A DNA stretch of 32,000 bases from Candidatus Saccharimonadota bacterium (lineage in GTDB: Bacteria; Patescibacteriota; Saccharimonadia; Saccharimonadales; UBA4665): assembly GCA_963716945.1 (NCBI GenBank), contig OY970322.1, positions 240,001 through 272,000 of the forward strand, in the 5' to 3' direction. The stretch's first letter is position 1. Every line of letters starts with the position of its first letter. The notes under the pieces were generated by a model. The model was given only the letters and a program-made list of their open reading frames with translations, made no database searches and was not told the DNA's origin. This document shows positions 29,820 to 32,000 of this stretch, one piece after another. Position numbers and translations under genes: made by a program.

Positions 29820-30476
29820 ATGTATTTTGCTTCGCGGGTTCAAGCCGGACGGATGCTAGCCGCCCAGCTGACCAAAAAGTACCGTTACGAAAACTGTGCC
29901 GTGCTGGCCTTGGGCGACGGCGGTGTCATGGTCGGTGCCCAAATTGCCGTCGAGCTCCATTGTATCCTGACGATGTTGGCCAGCGCCGAAATCCTGCTGC
30001 CGCGCGAGCCGCAGGCCATCGCCGGTATTACGGCCGGCGGCACGCTGGCCTACAACCACGCTTATTCTGACGGCGAAATCGACGAAATGGTCGGTGAGAA
30101 CTACGGCTTTATCGAGCAGGAAAAACTATCGCAAATGCATAACCTGAACCAGCTGGTCGGCAGCGGCGGCACCATCAATAAGGATTTGCTGCGCGGCCAT
30201 AACGTTATCATCGTCGCCGACGGCCTCAAAACCGGCTTCATGATCGACCTGGCGGCCGAGTTCCTGAAACCGATTGCGACCGAGAAACTGATCGTGGCCG
30301 TGCCGTTTGCCAGCGTGCCGGCCGTCGACCGGATGCACGTTTTGGCGGACGACCTGTACTGCCTGGACGTTATTCAAGACTACATTGACACCGACCACTA
30401 TTACGACGTCCAGGACGTGCCGGACCACGAAACCGTCCTCAAAACCATCGAGAACATCGTCCTCAAGTGGAAGTAG
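29820..30476 (+). CDS. phosphoribosyltransferase-fold protein (putative PRTase family)
   Basis: The N-terminus F.SRVQAGRMLA..L and the PRPP-loop-like VIIVADGLKTGFM fit the family. The usual VDDG reads VADG. Confidence 0.75.
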   Translation: MYFASRVQAGRMLAAQLTKKYRYENCAVLALGDGGVMVGAQIAVELHCILTMLASAEILLPREPQAIAGITAGGTLAYNHAYSDGEIDEMVGENYGFIEQEKLSQMHNLNQLVGSGGTINKDLLRGHNVIIVADGLKTGFMIDLAAEFLKPIATEKLIVAVPFASVPAVDRMHVLADDLYCLDVIQDYIDTDHYYDVQDVPDHETVLKTIENIVLKWK

Positions 30477-30494
30477 CCTGGCCGGTTCCAATAA

Positions 30495-31148
30495 TTAGCT
30501 GAGGTATTTGCTCAAGGCGTCAACGTCTTTGAGCAGCGTGAAGGACTGCTTGTTCTCGAGCAGGCCCTTGCGCTCCAGGGCCGACAGCTCGCGGCTGGTC
30601 GTTTCGCGGGTGGCGTTGACCGAACTGGCGATGTCCTGGTGGCGCAGGGGGACTTCGATCAGTAAGCCCTCGTCGGTTTGTTTGCCGAACCGCTGGCTCA
30701 TCGTCAGCAGGAAAGAGATGATCCTCTCCCTGACGGTGCGGTACTCAAGCGTCAGTATGCGTTCGCCGTGGAGGCGGTACATCTCCAGCGTCATGTCGAG
30801 CAAGGGGATCAGAACATCGGGGTGGTCTTTGATCAGGTCGAGGAAGCTCTTGCGGCTGATTTGCCAGGTCGTCGTCGGCGACAGGGCCTGGTAAATAATC
30901 CCGTGTTCGCGGCCGCTGAGGCCCCAGATAAGCGGGAAAATCTCGTCCTGTTTGCGGATGATCAGCAGGTTCTCTTCGTTGTACTTGGTGATGTCGTAGG
31001 CTTTGACCAGGCCTTGGTAAATATAAAAAACCCCTGGCGGGGTCTCGCCCGGACGGATTACGAAATCGCCTTTTCGGAAAGTTTGCTTGACGCCGTGCAC
31101 CCTGAAAAATTCCACGAATTCCGCCGTCTGTTTCAGCGTGGCAAGCAT
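30495..31148 (-). CDS. Crp/Fnr-family transcriptional regulator (no Fnr-type Cys cluster)
   Basis: A cNMP-binding-like beta-roll (FRKGDFVIRPGETPPGVFYIYQGLVKAY) is followed by the C-terminal HTH DIASSVNATRETTSRELSALERKGLL. Confidence 0.9.
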   Translation of the reverse strand: MLATLKQTAEFVEFFRVHGVKQTFRKGDFVIRPGETPPGVFYIYQGLVKAYDITKYNEENLLIIRKQDEIFPLIWGLSGREHGIIYQALSPTTTWQISRKSFLDLIKDHPDVLIPLLDMTLEMYRLHGERILTLEYRTVRERIISFLLTMSQRFGKQTDEGLLIEVPLRHQDIASSVNATRETTSRELSALERKGLLENKQSFTLLKDVDALSKYLS

Positions 31149-31154
31149 AGCGCT

Positions 31155-31183
31155 ATTATGTTACAGCCTGTCGCTGATGTCAA
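31155..31183 (-). promoter_or_regulatory. promoter TTGACA-17-CATAAT, -10 ends 6 nt before the crp-like ATG (leaderless geometry)
   Basis: The minus strand reads TTGACA (31183-31178), a 17-nt spacer, CATAAT (31160-31155), agcgct, then ATG(31148). Confidence 0.6.
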
Positions 31184-31192
31184 TTTTTAGTT

Positions 31193-31214
31193 CCGGTATA
31201 GCCGGAATAGCCGG
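31193..31214. repeat. short tandem repeat (CCGGWATAG)x2 + CCGG
   Basis: CCGGTATAG CCGGAATAG CCGG has a 9-bp period. It lies between the crp promoter and the CRP-like site. Confidence 0.5.
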
Positions 31215-31224
31215 CACGACAGAA

Positions 31225-31240
31225 TGTGAGGAAAATCGCA
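31225..31240. promoter_or_regulatory. CRP-type binding-site candidate TGTGA-N6-TCGCA
   Basis: It matches the TGTGA-N6-TCACA consensus at 9 of 10 positions. It lies in the intergenic region next to a Crp-family gene whose recognition helix keeps the RE...R pattern (RETTSR). Confidence 0.45.
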
Positions 31241-31325
31241 AAACATTGGTAAGTATTCTTACTCGCCGATTAACGGCGCCGGCCTATGATGAAATCAGTG
31301 GGAGGTCCGAAAAGGAGGCATCACC

Positions 31326-32000
31326 ATGGTAAGCGCAACATTGATAGAAGAACAACTGAAACAAATAGGCTTTAACCACCACGGTTGGGGTAGAACTGAA
31401 GTCAAGGAACTCCAGAACATTATCATGCCCGACGAGGTAATCGAAGAGTGCGTCAACGGCATCTACGAGGGCGGTTTCGCCTTGCTGCTGGCCACCGACC
31501 TGAGGGTCCTGCTGGTCGACAAGAAACCGCTGAACTACCTGACCGTCGAGGACCTGCGTTTCGACATGATTAACGAAATCGATTACAGCCACCGGCTGAT
31601 CGGAGCCCACATCAGGATTTCGGCCGGGGAAACCAGCTTGGAGTTTAATAGCGTTAACCAGGCCCGCCTGCGCAAGCTGATCGGGCACGTCCAGCACGCC
31701 ATGGCCCAGGCCAAGAAGAAGCAGTCGTACCACCAGGAGGGCCAAACCCAGCACCTGGAGAGAATTAACCAGCAGCTCCGGTCGTACCTGCTTAAGCAAT
31801 ATGAGCAGCAGCAGGAATTGCAGGACCGGTTGCACGAGGTCCAAACCGGCCGCCGCCCCAGCACCGAGCTCAGGCCGCCCACGGAGGTGATCAACCCCGA
31901 TCCGGAACTGGCCGACTACCTGTTTGCCCAGAGCTTGCTGGCCGACCACCAGGCCCGGACGCGGGCGGCCCAGCCGGCCTATGAGTTGCCGCCCGAAATC
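31326..32000 (+). CDS. bacterial PH-domain (YokE-like, bPH) protein with Gln-rich coiled C-terminal part; truncated by the window end
   Basis: This ORF is not in the track because it has no stop in the window. AAGGAGG (31312-31318) lies 7 nt before the ATG. WGRTEVKELQNIIMPDEVIEECVNGIYEGGFALLLATDLRVLLVDKKP fits the bacterial PH-domain pattern. The frame is open to position 32000. Confidence 0.7.
   Translation, partial: MVSATLIEEQLKQIGFNHHGWGRTEVKELQNIIMPDEVIEECVNGIYEGGFALLLATDLRVLLVDKKPLNYLTVEDLRFDMINEIDYSHRLIGAHIRISAGETSLEFNSVNQARLRKLIGHVQHAMAQAKKKQSYHQEGQTQHLERINQQLRSYLLKQYEQQQELQDRLHEVQTGRRPSTELRPPTEVINPDPELADYLFAQSLLADHQARTRAAQPAYELPPEI

Noticed and set aside
31284-31949. A 221-aa minus-strand ORF at the right end, and the 81-aa plus ORF at 31087-31332
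   Set aside because: The minus ORF is antisense to the PH-domain ORF, which has a strong AAGGAGG-7-ATG start and a recognisable domain. The 81-aa ORF overlaps the crp-like start and its promoter.

Overview
This is a GC-rich (roughly 55-60 % by eye, not computed), very tightly packed bacterial chromosomal segment made up almost entirely of housekeeping genes. On the plus strand: two uncharacterised ORFs flanking a TrmB-like regulator, 5-formyl-THF cyclo-ligase, polA, a HAD hydrolase, fpg/mutM, holA, a degenerate DHH (NrnA-like) protein, truB, rpsO, pnp, a family-4-like UDG, RNase J, a frameshifted ftsK, rpsF-ssb-rpsR-efp-tlyA, a PRTase-fold protein and a truncated PH-domain protein. On the minus strand: the TrmB-like regulator, a P2-type cation ATPase, a small membrane protein, a DUF721/DciA-like protein, a fused trehalose-6-P synthase/phosphatase, rpsT and a Crp/Fnr regulator. 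Gene order and compactness suggest a small-genome, probably uncultivated bacterium (possibly Patescibacteria/CPR-like); I cannot verify this without a search. I found no rRNA, tRNA, CRISPR array, transposase, integrase or recognisable defence or biosynthetic cluster, and no convincing new multi-gene system. The observations most worth a second look are these. (1) ftsK is interrupted by three same-direction +1 frameshifts that together restore the original frame. (2) About a dozen first-in-operon genes have a -10 box 6-8 nt upstream of the ATG and no Shine-Dalgarno, which is leaderless geometry; internal genes do have an SD. (3) A perfect-consensus promoter with GTCAA/TTGAC inverted repeats over its -35 drives an unknown 325-aa protein divergently from the TrmB-like gene. 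(4) Every convergent gene pair overlaps or nearly abuts, leaving no room for terminators. (5) The rpsF-ssb spacer and the crp upstream region contain palindromic operator-like sites. (6) Several housekeeping proteins carry substitutions at normally invariant residues: DHH to NTT, PolA HDE to HDS, ATPase PEGL to PNGL, an Arg-type EF-P, and a UDG without Fe-S cysteines. All product calls rest on motifs read from the translations; no database search was run.
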